Shown here piece by piece: positions 15,912 to 30,794 of a stretch of DNA of 64,000 nt (the first letter of the stretch is position 1; each line of letters opens with the position of its first letter). Origin of the DNA: Tubiluchus corallicola (taxonomy: Eukaryota > Animalia > Priapulida). The stretch covers positions 1 to 64,000 of the forward strand of contig JAQGDQ010000340.1 of the NCBI GenBank assembly GCA_030141605.1. Reading direction: 5' to 3'. Position numbers and translations under genes: made by a program. Below the pieces are notes generated by a model. That model was not told the origin of the DNA. It did no database searches and was given only the letters and a program-made list of their open reading frames with translations.

Positions 15912-17559
15912 TCAAACTCTCAAGATTTGCATTGGGAGGAATTCGCTAAATTATACTGAAGAAAGAGGCCCTTTTTAATTTTGAATGAACTTAATAGGCC
16001 GTTGGCAGCTTTGGCGTCCACAACAACCATAATAGTTTTTGTGATGCATGAATAACATAAAATGTGATCTGAGCTGAGAATGGATTTTTTGCTATTAAAA
16101 AATCACTCCTATAAACTGTTGCATTACTCACGGTGTAAACTTATAAGCAGATTTCTTTCGCTGTGAAGCCAGTCTCTATCTCGTTCTCGTTGTTGTTGCT
16201 GTCGTTGTATTGTTGTCGTCTTTTGCCAATTTTTATATTGTGACGTCACAACAAAGTAACTCCATCTTCTAAAATTTTATGATAAAACGAATTCTACTAC
16301 AACGCTTAATAACATTTTAATTAACCTGTATGCACGAAATGAATTACATAAAAATATAGAGTGTCCCAAACAACATATCCAGGCAGTTGGGCTATAACGT
16401 AGCATCCAAATGCTTCTCATTCCGGACTAGTTTTAGAAATAAGCACTGTAATTTTAATATAACGGCAATTCAATTTTTTTATGCAATAATGATCAAGCTA
16501 CGAGTAGGGGCCAAAGTGAAGAGGCTCCTAACTACGGGGAGAGACATGACCTGCGAATGGGGCTGGGATTTTGAGAAACCTTGATCTAGTAGCATCGTCG
16601 ATATCGTGGAGCTGCCATCGCACTGACACTAGACCTGCTGCAAAAGTTTTCAAATTCGAACTTCTTACCTTTTTCGCGATGATTTCAAAGCTCTTCCGGT
16701 AGCTGACGAACGATTGTTCCTACTTTTCTGAAAACTAAACCACAAATAACTGCGTACAGTCGAAAGTATTGAAAGCCAGTCGAGCGATGCGGGCGTTGTA
16801 TAACTGTAAAACTACAGCGGTACAATATAGTCATCCAACTAACCATTCGCTTGTAAAACAGTTTATGCTGAACAGCCTCCACGTGTTCTCAATAACAAGA
16901 ATAGTCCGGAGAATTTCCAACGACCACAACTACGCGCCGAATTCGGATACACAGCGAGTGATAGGTACAAAAACCTGCTTCGAATTTTCTCTGCCCACGT
17001 GTTCCTGCTAAATCCCCATCTAGGTCATCCAAAAACCCACTTCTACGAGTGTCTTTCACCAAAGGGAAAGTAAAACAAAGTCGCGGTAATCAATTCTTCG
17101 GCTGAAATTGGCCTTGTTGGCTAACGAGAACCTTCTCACACGTCTAGAGAAAAGTTCTGTATTGCCGCGTGGAGATTGTGTTATGATCGTCTCTATATGA
17201 AGCAGCCCGGTTAGAAATTGCCCGGATTTAGAGTCGAGGAAGCCAAAGCTTGTAGCTGAATAGATGCGCCGTGCAGCGCGTATCTAGACTTGGCTTCATC
17301 ATCTAGGAGGAGCTGGCAGTTTAGAGAAGGCGGGAGATATTCTCTCACACGAGTTTGGAATTAAGAGGTCGTAAATTGCTGATATCTTGTAGTAAAGTAA
17401 TGCCTTCGGTAGATAATTTTGGAATGTTCATTGTTTTCGGTAGTTAATTATGAACGTTTTGGTCATTCGTATTGTCCAAATTACTCAAACAAAAGAGGCT
17501 TATTAAAATACAAGGAAAAACTTTTCGTAAATAAAGCTTAAAATATTCTTTGCAAAATT

Positions 17560-17995
17560 CTGTATTACTTACCTGCTATTTTATTGCGCAAAGAGATTGT
17601 CTTAGCACTAACGCTATATAAAATTTTAAAATTTAAACTCTCGCGATAACCGTTAGGAGCAGCCATTTTGTAGGTCAGTCGTTTGAAGCAAGTTTAAATA
17701 ACGTTGCGCAATGTTTGAAAAATAGTCAGACACATATTCGTAACACAATTTTTGGTAACTAAGCGAAAGTTTAAGTCACTTTGTATTGTCAGTAAGATCA
17801 ATAATGTGCTTTTTGGTGAGCCGGTGGTGGACACTGGCAGAGCGATATAGTGCCAGTTTGCGCGGACACATTAAATTATTAAGAATTTTCAATTGCAATT
17901 ACATAAGTCTTTCAGGTATGCAAGCACTAAGTAGCATTGCTTTGTACGGAAAGTTTCTGGGATATACTTTAAAATTCCCCATTCTTTCCCTTAAA
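17560..17995 (+). repeat. Dispersed repeat family B (gcagccattttg..aagtcgtttgaa.caagttt); copies at about 13100-13430, 55230-55435, 56276-56720 (inverted), 60400-60580, 61960-62360
   Basis: Shared blocks visible; several copies end in ...cctttaa or cccttaa, suggesting a TTAA-targeting DNA element. Confidence 0.75.
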
Positions 17996-18629
17996 AAGTT
18001 TGCATCAAGGATCATTCGGGCTAACTATAGCAATATCCTACCTTGAACTTGTTGTTGGTTTTGTCTGGCTTCCATTGTTTCTCTGCTTTTCTCTGAGGAT
18101 GGGTCTGATCTGGTCAAATGACCAACAAGTTACACTATAAATCATCCAACTTCTTGTTTAATTCTTTAATTAGATCAATAAGGATGGATGTACTAATCCC
18201 GAGTCTCGAGTTCAAATCCCGACTAGTCCACAATTTTTCAGTGTCTCCTTTCTTTAACTGATTATCCGTAATGGATAATAATTGATAAAACAAACGGCAA
18301 TATAAAAATTCTAGCAATCACAGTCATAATTAACATTGCTATATTGTACACCTATTACATATACCGCTACTATTACTGACCATGTTGAAGCTGAAGTGGT
18401 TAACATGGCGCCGAATTTGACGTCTTATTATTAAACTTCGTCAACATAATCTAGAAATCTAATATGTGCATCATCATTTAAAAACAGACCAATCTCCCAG
18501 TGTCACTAGTCAGGGGTGTTGAAATGTTGCTAACACTTTTGTGTTGCTAGCAGAGCCAATCAAAGGTTGTAAAACCGCAACCTACTTGTTATGCATTGAT
18601 ATCATAGATTTGAACGCCGCGCATGCGTA

Positions 18630-18638
18630 TAGAGAGAA

Positions 18639-18690
<52 letters not shown>

Positions 18691-18800
18691 GCTTTGTGAG
18701 CATGTCATTGGATATGTGTTTACATTTGTGCTTGTTTTTCGCCAGGACAAAGGTTAAAGTTCATGATCATCGTCAATGTCGGGTGACCTTTGACACAACC
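18630..18800. repeat. (GA)n-linked repeat with a near-identical inverted copy at 23188-23400
   Basis: gtgctttgtgagcatgtcattggatatgtg...gtgacctttgacac is reverse-complemented at 23188-23298. Confidence 0.9.
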
Positions 18801-20184
18801 ACTACAGCACACCCACGTTAGAGAGAGAGAGAGGTGGGAGAGATGGTTTTTCGTTTGTTTTTGTCATACAATCGAATCAGGCCCCGGATAAGACCTCAAA
18901 ACGCCCTAAAGCACTGAAAAGATTATCGTACACACACATATATGTGTGTAATTCAGAATACTAAACTGTTAAATGAAATTCTACCTTTCGAAATGGAAAA
19001 AATTGCAGCAAAGATTTATTTACAGTAGGGCATCAGCCTTACAAGGCGTTTTAAGTTAAAAATGATATTTTATATATATATAATCAATAAATGCCATCAT
19101 ATGGGCTGTGAACAGCTCAGGCAGCTCAGTAGCCAGAAGCTCAATGTCCATCCATACCGTGATGATGTAAACAAACAGAAAAACCACCACACATATTCCG
19201 GTGTTTTTTACTTTTGAGCAGTCATTCGATTTGAAAAAAACTGTGTGGTCTCCGCTTTCTCCGAGGCCCTAAGCACGTGCTTATATTCCGTAACGGTTAA
19301 TCCGAGGCAGAATCTTATGCAGTTTTTGTATTACAACATGGCGCCCATAGATTGATAATCTTCGGTCTTCCGTTGTGCAACATACCATTAAAAGACCTGC
19401 TAAACGACATCCAGGCAAAACCAAAAACAACTTGGATATTAAGAATTAATAAAGATTTACAACAGCCGAGACCAAACTTAGAGAAACCGGACGACTGATT
19501 AAACTCAATCTAATTTTAGTTTACTCTCCAAAATATATATTTTCTTGCTTATAAAAGTTAGAATTATTTCTAATATGCGAATAATTGCCTCGGAACGTGA
19601 ATTAACGGCAACCGAATCCAGCTATCGCTTACGTCACAAACTAACTACAGTTTGTGCAATGGCAAGCATCTCTCCTTGCACGTTAAGCACGTTTGCTTAA
19701 GCTACGATTGCTATAAGATGCTGATGTGAGGTCACGAAAATGAGCTGTACAAGACACTGATGCTACAGACGAAACTGCAGTTCATGGTCATGCTTATTAC
19801 GGTGCAGCACCAATTTGTCGGCAGAGCGAAGTTGACAAAAAAGCACCATTGCCAATCTTAGTGGATTCGCTGAGGCGCGGCGTAGGTTTGAAAGTTTGTC
19901 ATAATTACGTTAGAGAAACTAAACGTTTTGACTTAAGCTAAATTCATTAGACCTGAAGTTGTTGATGTTGTATTACTATTATTTGTTCGTTTGCTAGATT
20001 GTAACTGGTTATTTTAATTAATTAATGCGCTGGTCTAATTGTTACGTAGATACAAGCAATTTTATTTTCATAATTGTACTTGCATAATCTTTGCAAACAG
20101 AGGATCTTTTGTTTCAAATGTTCAAAGTTGTAAAATAAATATGTTTAAAGTAGCTGACCATTTCAATCGTTTTATTTCGGCAAT

Positions 20185-20433
<249 letters not shown>

Positions 20434-23296
20434 TTGATAATTTTCGTAATAAAATATATTCTTTAACAATCTTAATCATTCTGCTTTTACCAATGGTCTC
20501 TTTCATCCCCGAAGGTTTAATTATCTCAAAATAACCTCAAATCCTAAACAAATTAATTAAGTTATAAAAATTATGATTACAGAATTTTCAATGGCAGAAT
20601 GAACCCTATCTGTATATAAACTATCGACGATTATCAATGGTTCTTTCTTGTAGTTTCTCTTCTGCTTGTGATAACGAGGAAGCTGCAGGACCCGAGGCTT
20701 GGAATAGATTGATCCATAATTTACGTAGATTTAGTGATCTGGGTAATGAATGTAACACCTAGTGGCAGAATTCGATTAGGAATGACGTCTTGGTTAAATC
20801 TCCCGTGGTTTTCATGCGTATATTGTACTCGTGGTTGAGTGCAGTGATGACGACTACGACGATAACGATTATGATGATGATTTTGATGTTGTTGCTGCAA
20901 CTGATGATGATGGTGATGATGATAATGATGTTTTTGCTGACGGTGGTGACAATGATGACGATGTTCATAATTTGATAGTGTAATTTCTGTCTTTTTCTTT
21001 TTTCTCCGAGATATTATTTTTGTTGTGTAATGTATTGTAAATATGTATCTAATTATATATGTAAATATTACTAATGTATTGTGTGTCTGTATTGCGTTAA
21101 TGTACATTTATGTAGGAATAAATAATGAATAATAATAATAATAGACTAATGAGGGATATTTTCAATTCAAGGAAGAGAGGATGATTTTTCATATACTACC
21201 CATTTTCAAATAAGGTAAAAGTATTCATTAATACGGCTTCAGCGTTTCAGATAATTAAATAATAGATTAAAATCTTAATTAACGGCGGGTGAGCCCAACC
21301 ATCGATGACATCACAAACGAACATAATTTTCAACATCATGTGTATTCCATGAGCGTGTTGCACGTATATAAGAAAGAGAAAGAGAAGTACACTGCTACTG
21401 TAAGATATTCTGTGTTTTGTACTAAATCTAGGGCAAGTTTTAAGATAAAAATTCACGCGTGTAGATATGTGCTCACGCATGAGCTGTCGAACGTCACACA
21501 AACGAGCACCTCTGAACTGAGCAGTACAGCACCTGTTTTTTGTGCAAACGTTTCCGAAATGCAGGCGCTAGTGCTCGTCTAACTAGCAAATGACGAAATG
21601 CATGTAACAGCGAAGAACTAGAGGCGTCACAGCGAAATTGCCTTTGTGTGGTAATAATTCTTTCACGTAAGACATATTTGAAAAAAATATTATGTTTACC
21701 TCCAATATATTAAAGATTGTATTGTTTTGACCTACAGTTTAAGTTTGGGTCCGGTTTTGCTTTAAGTTTTGTGATTTCTAAAACAAGACCTGTCCAAATT
21801 TCTGTTACCAGTACCCTGGGCACGACGTGTTAACACTTTACAGCAGAATTGTACACAGAAGCGAGCCAATCGTGTTCATTCCCTGCTGCAAATATGAAGC
21901 CAATTTGACAGCTTAGTGGTTTCATCTGGTCCTCTGGCAAGTGTAAACGAACAATAGTGAGTCGTGAAAACGTCTGAAGGTTAAAATAATTAAATTAAAT
22001 AAAAACGAAGCCCTACTACAGCCCGAAACTGAAGCCAACAGAGGAGTGGAACTGTACCTGGTTGGCTTCTCGGTTACTAATGACGCTATAGCTGACAACG
22101 AACCTGATGTTGAAGATGGTTTTTGTCGTCAACCAGCGACAGAAGCTGATTTAAATGATTGGGGAAGCAAAATGCTCAGAGACGTCTTCACGTTAAAAGA
22201 ATGATCCTGTTCTAGTATTTTATGGGTCACGAGCCGCCATACATACGTACTCCATTAGCCCTAGATAAATAGCATACACTTAGGCTAGACTTCTGGACCA
22301 TAGCCAGGTTGTAAATCGTTTTGTTGGTAGATGGAGCCAGTAGTCTTTCTACTAAATGCGTGTAAAACCAGATTCGATACTATTTTACTAAAACTAGTCT
22401 AGAATGCGAAGCATTGGTTCACTGACTTGTGCAGTACGCACGTACGTTTTGCTTGCACGTAATTGTAAAATGTGAAAACTTTAGTAACATGACGCTCTCC
22501 GTCGGTTCCTTTAAGTCATTCGACAATTTTCCTGCTATAGCACTTTATCGTGACGCCACTCTATTAAAAAATGACCCCCACATTATTCACCCCACAACTC
22601 ACTACAGTGCCACAAAACAACAGCAACTACAAAAACATTTGACCCGATGTTGAAAGTGCGTAAAACGAATGCTACGAACTCCAACCGCTGATGATCAATA
22701 ACGCACAAACATTCTGCACAGTCTTTGCTTACTGTTCCCGAAATAATAGTAACAAGTTAACTATACTATTAAGTGTTAACAGATTATGGATACGCGTTTA
22801 CAGTTTTCATAGATCCACATTTTTGTAAAAATTTAGTACGGATTGTTTGCCTCACGAGTTTTACATTAAATGAACAAGGAATGAACGAGCAACAACATGG
22901 CGAAATGAACGGCTCTATGGAGTTACTCACAAACGAGTAATCCAATAATTATTGAATTGTAGAAATCCCAGAATCTTTAATGTTAATAGTTTTCTAAATT
23001 ATTTTTGTGACATATCATAGGACAAAGGTTAAAGGTCATCAAAGGTTAAAGGATATTAATTAACCTTTGACCCAACAGCTATAACACTCGTACTAGGCAA
23101 TATAAGCCATAATACTTGAGACAAATGGGTAAGTCGAAAAAGGACTGTTCATTTTAACCTCTTTGACGACAACAACAGCCTAACGTAGGTGTGTCAAAGG
23201 TCACCCGACATTGACGATGATCATGAACTTTAACCTTTGTCCTGGTGAAAAACAAGCACAAATGTGAACACATATCCAATGACATGCTCACAAAGC

Positions 23297-23413
<117 letters not shown>

Positions 23414-24217
23414 CCTCCCTCCCTCCCCCTCTCACTTTCTCTTTCTCTATGTTACTCTGTCTTTCTCTGTCTCTCTCCTCTGTTTCGCTCTCTCTATATA
23501 TCCCGGCCCTTCTCTTTTCCTCTCACTCTTTCTATTTCTGAGTTTTTCCTTTCTCTCTTTCTTTCTTTCTCTCTTTCCCCCTCTTCCTCTTTCTCTCACA
23601 CACTCTCTCTTCCTACCTATCTGTGTTCTCTCTTTTTTCTTGCTGTTTCTCTTTCTCTCTGCCTCTCTCTCTCTTCTCTCTCTATCTGCCTCTCTCTGTC
23701 CGTTTGTCTGCCCGTCCGGCTCTCTCTCTCAGTTTTCAATGCACTGTACTGTATCAAACATCACATCACACAAAAGCTCAAAAACAAAAGAAACCAACGA
23801 TTCCTCCTTCAAACCACATTTTATAGTTCACAATACGAGCAATGCACCCGAGAGGTTTCCTCTCCTGCAAATAATAACATTATTTCTGCAATATTTAATT
23901 ATTATTTGACAAAGCGAACTGGCCACAGGCAATGCAGATAATGATGGATCATTAAGCTAACATAGCCTAGCTACTACATAAGATGTACGAGATGATAACG
24001 CGCCGCTTACAATACCCATGCGAGTTAAAACGCTCTTTTCAATAGGGAAGATTAGGCTTACTTAGACGACATAGAAAATACGTGTCTTCATAATTTATCA
24101 CGAATTTGTCACGTTCTATGGGGAACCGTATGCGTGCCGCAGAAAGGGGCGTATTTACTAATAGGCTAACTAGGGTACCAAATTTTTGAGGCCCAGTGTC
24201 AAAAAATTTTCATTCTG

Positions 24218-24465
24218 CTCGAAAAATGAGTATTCTTTTATTTTCATATAAAACCCGTATGTACAGCACACCACAAGTAGTTACTCATACATGCTTCTAT
24301 ATAAGCGCCGCACAACAAAGTACAATTATTACACACATAAAACGTAACAAAAAATCACCAGCAATTGCCCAACCTGCTTAGACATAAGGATTTATATTTG
24401 ACCTTATTTCAAAGAATGATATATTAACAACGATTATAAAGATCGAACCTATACAATATTGCTTT
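24218..24465. repeat. Dispersed repeat with a direct copy at 48780-49025
   Basis: ctcgaaaaatgagt...gtatgtacagcacaccacaag...gaccttatttcaaagaatga in both. Confidence 0.9.
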
Positions 24466-26809
24466 ATGCAATGTTATATGATTTATGCTATACAATGGAG
24501 CTTTATTCACACTGATGAGATGTTTGAACTCTCTACGATGTGTCTTATTCTAAACTACATGGAAAGGCGTGACTAGCCACCAGTGTCCAGACGTTGTGGA
24601 TTGTGGACGTATCCTGAGTCAACCACAAAGACTTGTGAGCCATTCCTTAGTTCATGTTTGATTGGTGCTGCAGCATCGTTGATTGTTATGGCCATAGACT
24701 TGAAGTCGTTGATGTGTTGCTGTGACTGACTGGAGTGAGCTACGTCCGCGGACTCCTCTCCTATGTCCTTGTCCTCTCAGGGGAAGGGTTAACTGATAAA
24801 TAGACATTTTGTTTTCTTTTCACTTTGTCATTTTTGTTATTATTATCTGCCTTTATGTGAAACTGTTATTGATAATTTAACCTGTTCTAATTTATCTAAA
24901 CAGAGTAAAAAGTAAATAAAAATAGTAAAAATAATCATAATCTTTTCCTCCATTTCATATGAGATTTTATTGTTGGAATGTTTGGAATCTCTGTATGTCA
25001 TGGTCAATATGGAAAACCATAATGCCTAAGTAAACCCCCGTAAAACGTAACATCAAGCCTTAGAGCCGCTGGTTTTTCAAGTGAGCCCTTCGACATTGCA
25101 ACCTCTCTAAAGACATATTAATTATACCTGTGTCGTTGAATTTTTGGTTCATATGCCTTGTTGCCCTCTGGAAAATTGTAGGACAACAACCGCCCACGTA
25201 TGTTGCACAACCCTTTTATTGTGAATAAAAGATGAGGCGACAGGTTAGTCAGATTTGTGGATGAGTTGGGAGGTAAAGAGTTGCACCCCCACCATAAAAA
25301 TCTACTAGCTCCCAACAGAAGACTTACCCCAACAAAATTATGATAGTACTTTAACTATCCACGTCAGACAGCTTTGACATTAATAGAAGAAAAATTTTAT
25401 ATCCAGCCAGAATTATTCAGTCAGTCGACCAGTCAACAATCCGTCAGTCAGTCAGTCAGTCAGTCAGTCAGTCAGTCAGTCAATTAGTTAGTCAGTTAGT
25501 CATTCAGTCAATTAGCTAGTTATTTAATCAGCCATTTATTCAATCAGTTAGCTAATTAGTTAGTTGACCGTCAGTCACGCAGCCAGTAAGTCATTTGTTC
25601 AGTCAATTAATCAAAAATTCAATCTGAAACAAACATTATTGGATGATGCTGTTTGCAAGAAACTATTTCTAGTTAGTTCTACATACCATAAAAACTGAGT
25701 TGGGCGGTGACATTTCAGTTCTGATCGTTGGTTTTGTTTTCTGGTGGGTCATGGTACAAGACGTGCTGTTTTTTGTGACAAACTTTAGCACAGTAACACA
25801 GTAATGCTACCAATGTTAGCCCTAATGAGAGAAAAATAAAATAGGTTGACAGTTTGACCTGTTTTAAATGATCACTGCAACCTTAGAGCTATACAAAGAC
25901 TCTGTTCTTTCTTGTGTTCATAATTAGCAGGCCACCAGTTTGTCGAAAGTATCCGTGCAGTTTAGTTTGCATAAATGGTTACCTTCAAGGGCGTTATATT
26001 CTGTTCTTAAAATGATGCTTTTTTGTTATGCAAAATCCTCGTTGACAGCATCTTTTCTTTTGGTAAGAATCTTTCCAGTATATTTGTATAGTCATGAGAT
26101 TTGTGAAGCTTTTATGTTACGACAGCTAAACTATTATATAATGTTCTTTTGTTTTAAAATAGTAAGCGAGTACCACTCAAAATGCTTAGTTGCGCACCTC
26201 ATACAGTTACTTCTAGCGTTTTTATATGTGCATCTCTAGTCGCTATAGAGTGAAAACTTTAATTTGTGTTCGTGTTATACAATACCTAGTATATTCTACT
26301 ACGATGTTGTGTTTTCCTACTGGATTTTAAACAGCTTGCTTTTGTGGACGGAAAAAGATCCTAAACACAACTCACTGAAACAATCAAATAACCAAAATAT
26401 TTAAGATTTGGTCAAGATATTATTTGGTCAAGATATCCGAGTTTATTTGAATATACCCATAAAAACTAGTTCAATTAAAGACAAATTTACTAGAAGTATT
26501 TCGTCCAAGAGGCTCTGTAAACTGATTTGGTAACTTTTTACCAGTTTTAGTGTGTCCTTCAAAAACTTCAACATTATTTCACAATTTAATGATGGCTTTT
26601 TAAAACAAAAATATATTACCCAGCCAGTCGTGAACCGAAAATTCTGTAATTTTTTTATAAGTGTTACAGACTATACTCACTTTAAAGCCTGTCCCTAGAA
26701 TAAATAAAATGAGCATAATTGATTATTCAGATCAAAACTTTGTTGAAGTCAAAAATTGTTGAACACTTTCAAAGCATCTTCCTGCAACTGTTTACTCGTT
26801 GCTAAAGCT

Positions 26810-27317
26810 GATAATAATAATAATGATGATGATGATGATAATGATAATGATAATGATAATGATAATGATAATGATAATGATAATGATAATGATAATGATA
26901 ATGATAATGATAATGATAATGATAATGATAATGATAATGATAATGATAATGATAATGATAATGATAATGAGAATGATAATGATAATGATAATGATAATGA
27001 TAATGATAATGATAATGATAATGATAATGATAATGATAATGATAATGATATTGATAATGATAATGATAATGATAATGATAATGATAATGATAATGATAAT
27101 GATAATGATAATGATAATGATAATGATAATGATAATGATATTGATAATGATAATGATAATGATAATGATAATGATAATGATAATGATAATGATAATGATA
27201 ATGATAATGATAATGATAATGATAATGATAATGATAATGATAATGATAATGATAATGATAATGATAATGATAATGATAATGATAATGATAATGATAATGA
27301 TAATGATAATGATAATG

Positions 27318-27354
<37 letters not shown>

Positions 27355-27356
27355 CA
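26810..27356. repeat. Long (GATAAT)n hexanucleotide microsatellite, about 85 units
   Basis: Direct reading; source of the poly-DN/SL/HY/IM spurious ORFs. Confidence 0.98.
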
Positions 27357-28983
27357 ATCATTCTTTCTTGGAAAAGCTCGCAATACATGTACTTATTGCC
27401 GGTTGAACTGTCCAATTGTACACACTAAATATTTGGTACTGAACCACTCTTACAAACCTCGTACTTAGTATTGAAGCAACCTCGCTGAAAAAACACAAAA
27501 GCTTAGTATTGAACTACTACAATGAAGGTTCATCGGTTGGTTTACAGGATTGTCCAAAAAACGTTTTATAAAATGCCTTTCAACGAGTTCTCTTGATTTT
27601 GTTTTGCATTGTTACGTGTTACATGAAAATCTATGTATCTCGGAGAGTTGAGCTTATTTTAATATTTGAGAATATTACAAAGTTTCAGCAACAAAATTGT
27701 GATGAGTGCCTCGTGTGAAATCAGTCATCTTAGTAAAATCAAATTTTTAAGTCGCGATTATTTCAAGCTTGGGCGCGCTCATTTTGAATGAAAAATGACG
27801 TCATCCGGTTACAGTGCAATGTGAACACTTATCCCGTCTGCTGCTTAAGCAAACTTTTTACAGCTGCAGTTATAATTGTTAACTACAAGCAATCCAAAAC
27901 GTTAAATGAAAGATCATTAATCCTACTTTTCTTTTTGATGAATCTCGTTTCTCCTTATGTAATGACCTCCAACAACGTTAGTTAACCCGTTAAAGTAACA
28001 GAATAATTATCTTAACAAACTAAACCTGAGCTCAGTTCGCTAAGTAATACTATATACTTACAGCCTGGCAGAGTTTCATGCTTTCTGTAGTCAGATTAAT
28101 AATTTACATACAGTACTTACGCATTTTGAGGTACAGTCCTGTGGATTAAAGCTACTATTAAAGTTTTTTATTCGTACTCAGACACACGTTCAATAACAAA
28201 ATTATGTACAAGGATTAGTCAACAAATAACAATATAGGTTAAATAAATCAAGCTAGTTAAAAATATAAATCTAATACACGTACCGTACATAATACACCAA
28301 TAATTGTCTGTTCAACACGACATGACTTTAAAAATTAGTAAAAAAATATCTACGTGAGCACTTTATAAGTTATTGTTAATCCGATGACGAATTTCACACA
28401 GACACAGTTAAAAACAAAAACGTAATCAGCTAGAATAGCTCAACTAATGAGTGAACTGCTGAAGTTTTGTTACGCGAGCCTTAGTGTTAACAGGTTACGT
28501 CATTTTTACGTCATTGGCGGAAGGGAGATTAATTTAAATTCGTTTGATGTATAGATCGCCGCAAATGGTGCCCTCGTCGAAGCTGTAGCCTCGAATCTTA
28601 TATATATATATATTGTATATATATATGTATACATATATATATATATATATATATGTATATTGCGTATATTGTGTAGTAATTTCAATATTTTAAAGTGTAT
28701 GTTAAAATACAATGAATGTTGTTCCTTTAACTGCTTGCTAAAGCTGAACTTTGCAAAGGCAAATTGTTGAGGTAGCACTTGTCTGTGCTGAATTTCTCTG
28801 GACATGTTACTAGAATAAAATTAGCTTACACAACATTACACAGAGATGCGAACAATATATTAACCTTGCAAGCTTCAAGATAGCATCCAAGTAACTCAGC
28901 CAATAAGGGTTTTAACATTAACATTGAACGAAATAAAATTTTATAACCAGGAATCAAAGCTGTTGATTTGGAAATTTTTACAG

Positions 28984-29038
28984 GTCTTGCTGGTCCTGAC
29001 TGGATGTCTTGGAAGCAGCCATGCTCAAGGCTATGAGC
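28984..29038 (+). CDS. Pentraxin/LamG-like gene, signal-peptide exon VLLVLTGCLGSSHA-QGYE
   Basis: ttttacag acceptor, C|gtgagt donor, 55 nt, phase 0/1 joins the next exon in frame; hydrophobic core then SHA-Q cleavage-like site; ATG exon upstream unresolved. Confidence 0.72.
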
Positions 29039-29650
29039 GTGAGTGCATAGATATTTAATTTTCCTTATTTTCGACAAGGTTGGTACAAACCTTAAGCTTG
29101 CACGTTTGTCACCCATCGTGTCCATTTTAGTATCTTTTATGGCACATTTGAAAAAAATCTTCATTTTCTTGGATATCCTAATGACTATAATATAAGACAG
29201 GGTAAGACAGGGTGGACAGGCAAAGGGCCACCGACTCTCCACATTCAAAATATGGTTAGGTGGATGGACTGAAGGCCAAGGCTAAAGGATGTGCTGATGG
29301 CTGCATTATTAAATAAGCCTGCAGCCTTGAGCGAATTGCGACTTTTACAACTTTTTTATCAAAAAATAATAAATAATAATATTAGTAAAACTTAGCAAAA
29401 CCCAAATATGTCGGAAATTAAATAACGAAATCATTGACTTTTTGTACAAGTGTATGTGCTTAGCGTATACAAGTTTTCGTAGTAGATCCCAGTATTTATG
29501 TAGACCAGTGAAGTTAAAATACAGGAGATATAAGTACTTCGATGTAGATAATTTCTCAAACGATGTATGTTTAGGCCCGTTAGATGCGGTCCCGTTTATT
29601 TTTGACAATTGTGAAAACCAGTGCTAGTTTTTTTCCATATATTAATGCCC

Positions 29651-29681
<31 letters not shown>

Positions 29682-30259
29682 AAGTCTTCGTTAGCTTTTG
29701 TTCAGGCAAAAATTTCTGCCAAACATACAACTCTACAACACTAAACGTTAGCTATTCTGTAATTAGCTTTTAGTAGCTTTTATAACATTATTTACAATGA
29801 TGTTAAACAAGGAGTATTAAAGTGAGCGCTAAATTCAAGGTCGTTAATGAAACAAGTTTCCTGTCTAGTAATCTAAAATTCTGTTAAGTTAATAAACTAA
29901 ATTATAAAATCCCCAATACAATTTTCAAGACCACAATGAGTTAGAACAAGTAATGTTAAAAACTACATGAATTTAAGCCCTATTTTACTCAAATTTAGCA
30001 ACAAGATCTTAAAATGAAAGTCATTTACGAAGTAAATTAGCGCTGTTGCTAAATTTACGTTTTTGGTGCCATATACAAGCTTTAAGTTGTCATTTCGTAG
30101 GTCGTTTAGTAGTACATTTACTGTCTACTACTAAACGAACTAAACTCGATTACTCAGCGATGTCATTGATGTCATCATAAACCCGGCAATTATATATTCA
30201 AGTATAGGCAATCCAGCCACGAATCCATTAATAGCACATAGCGGAAAGCTATACATATA

Positions 30260-30794
30260 GGTTTTACATGTCAAATGTAGACCTACGTTAACTCTAATGT
30301 AGATTTAGGTAATTCAAATGTGTTTTGGTAACTCAAACGTAGACTTTGGTAGTTCAAATGTGTCTTGGTAACTCAAATGTAGACTTTGGTAGTTCAAATG
30401 TGTTAACGATGGTTTTCAAGAAATCTTAAGCGTTTTTTGTAAGTCAAGTGTAGACACATGTCAAGTCAAATGTGACATTGGCATCTCAAATGTGGATAGA
30501 TGGTAAAGTTTAAGGATGTTAAATTTAATCTTCTTTAATATCAATTTAATAATTGCTCCTAAGTTAAAATAACAACGTTACAGGCCTACTAATAGATACA
30601 CTATCTTTGGTTTACCTTTTTCTAATTTGCACTTAAATAACTTAGTTACCGATTTATTCAAAGTGATGCGTCTACATTTGACTTACCAAAGTCACATTTG
30701 AGTTACCAAAACACATTCGAAATTCCTATGTCTACATTTGACTTACCTAAGTCACATTTGAACTTTCCTGTGTCTGCATTTGACGTGTAAAACC
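30260..30794 (+). mobile_element. TATA-flanked foldback MITE with TCAAATGT subterminal repeats, copy 1
   Basis: tata|ggttttaca ... tgtaaaacc|tata; TCAAATGT arrays left, ACATTTGA arrays right. Confidence 0.88.

Noticed and set aside
15167-16583. Single Charlie-type hAT element (cagtgtttctcaaa ... tttgagaaaccttg)
   Set aside because: Ends resemble TIRs but the 8-bp flanks do not match, so they may belong to different insertions
26749-27428. Long ORFs of poly-SL/DN/I/HY; similar ORFs at 5868-6577, 13758-14047, 20039-20506, 23154-23941
   Set aside because: Translations of micro/minisatellites
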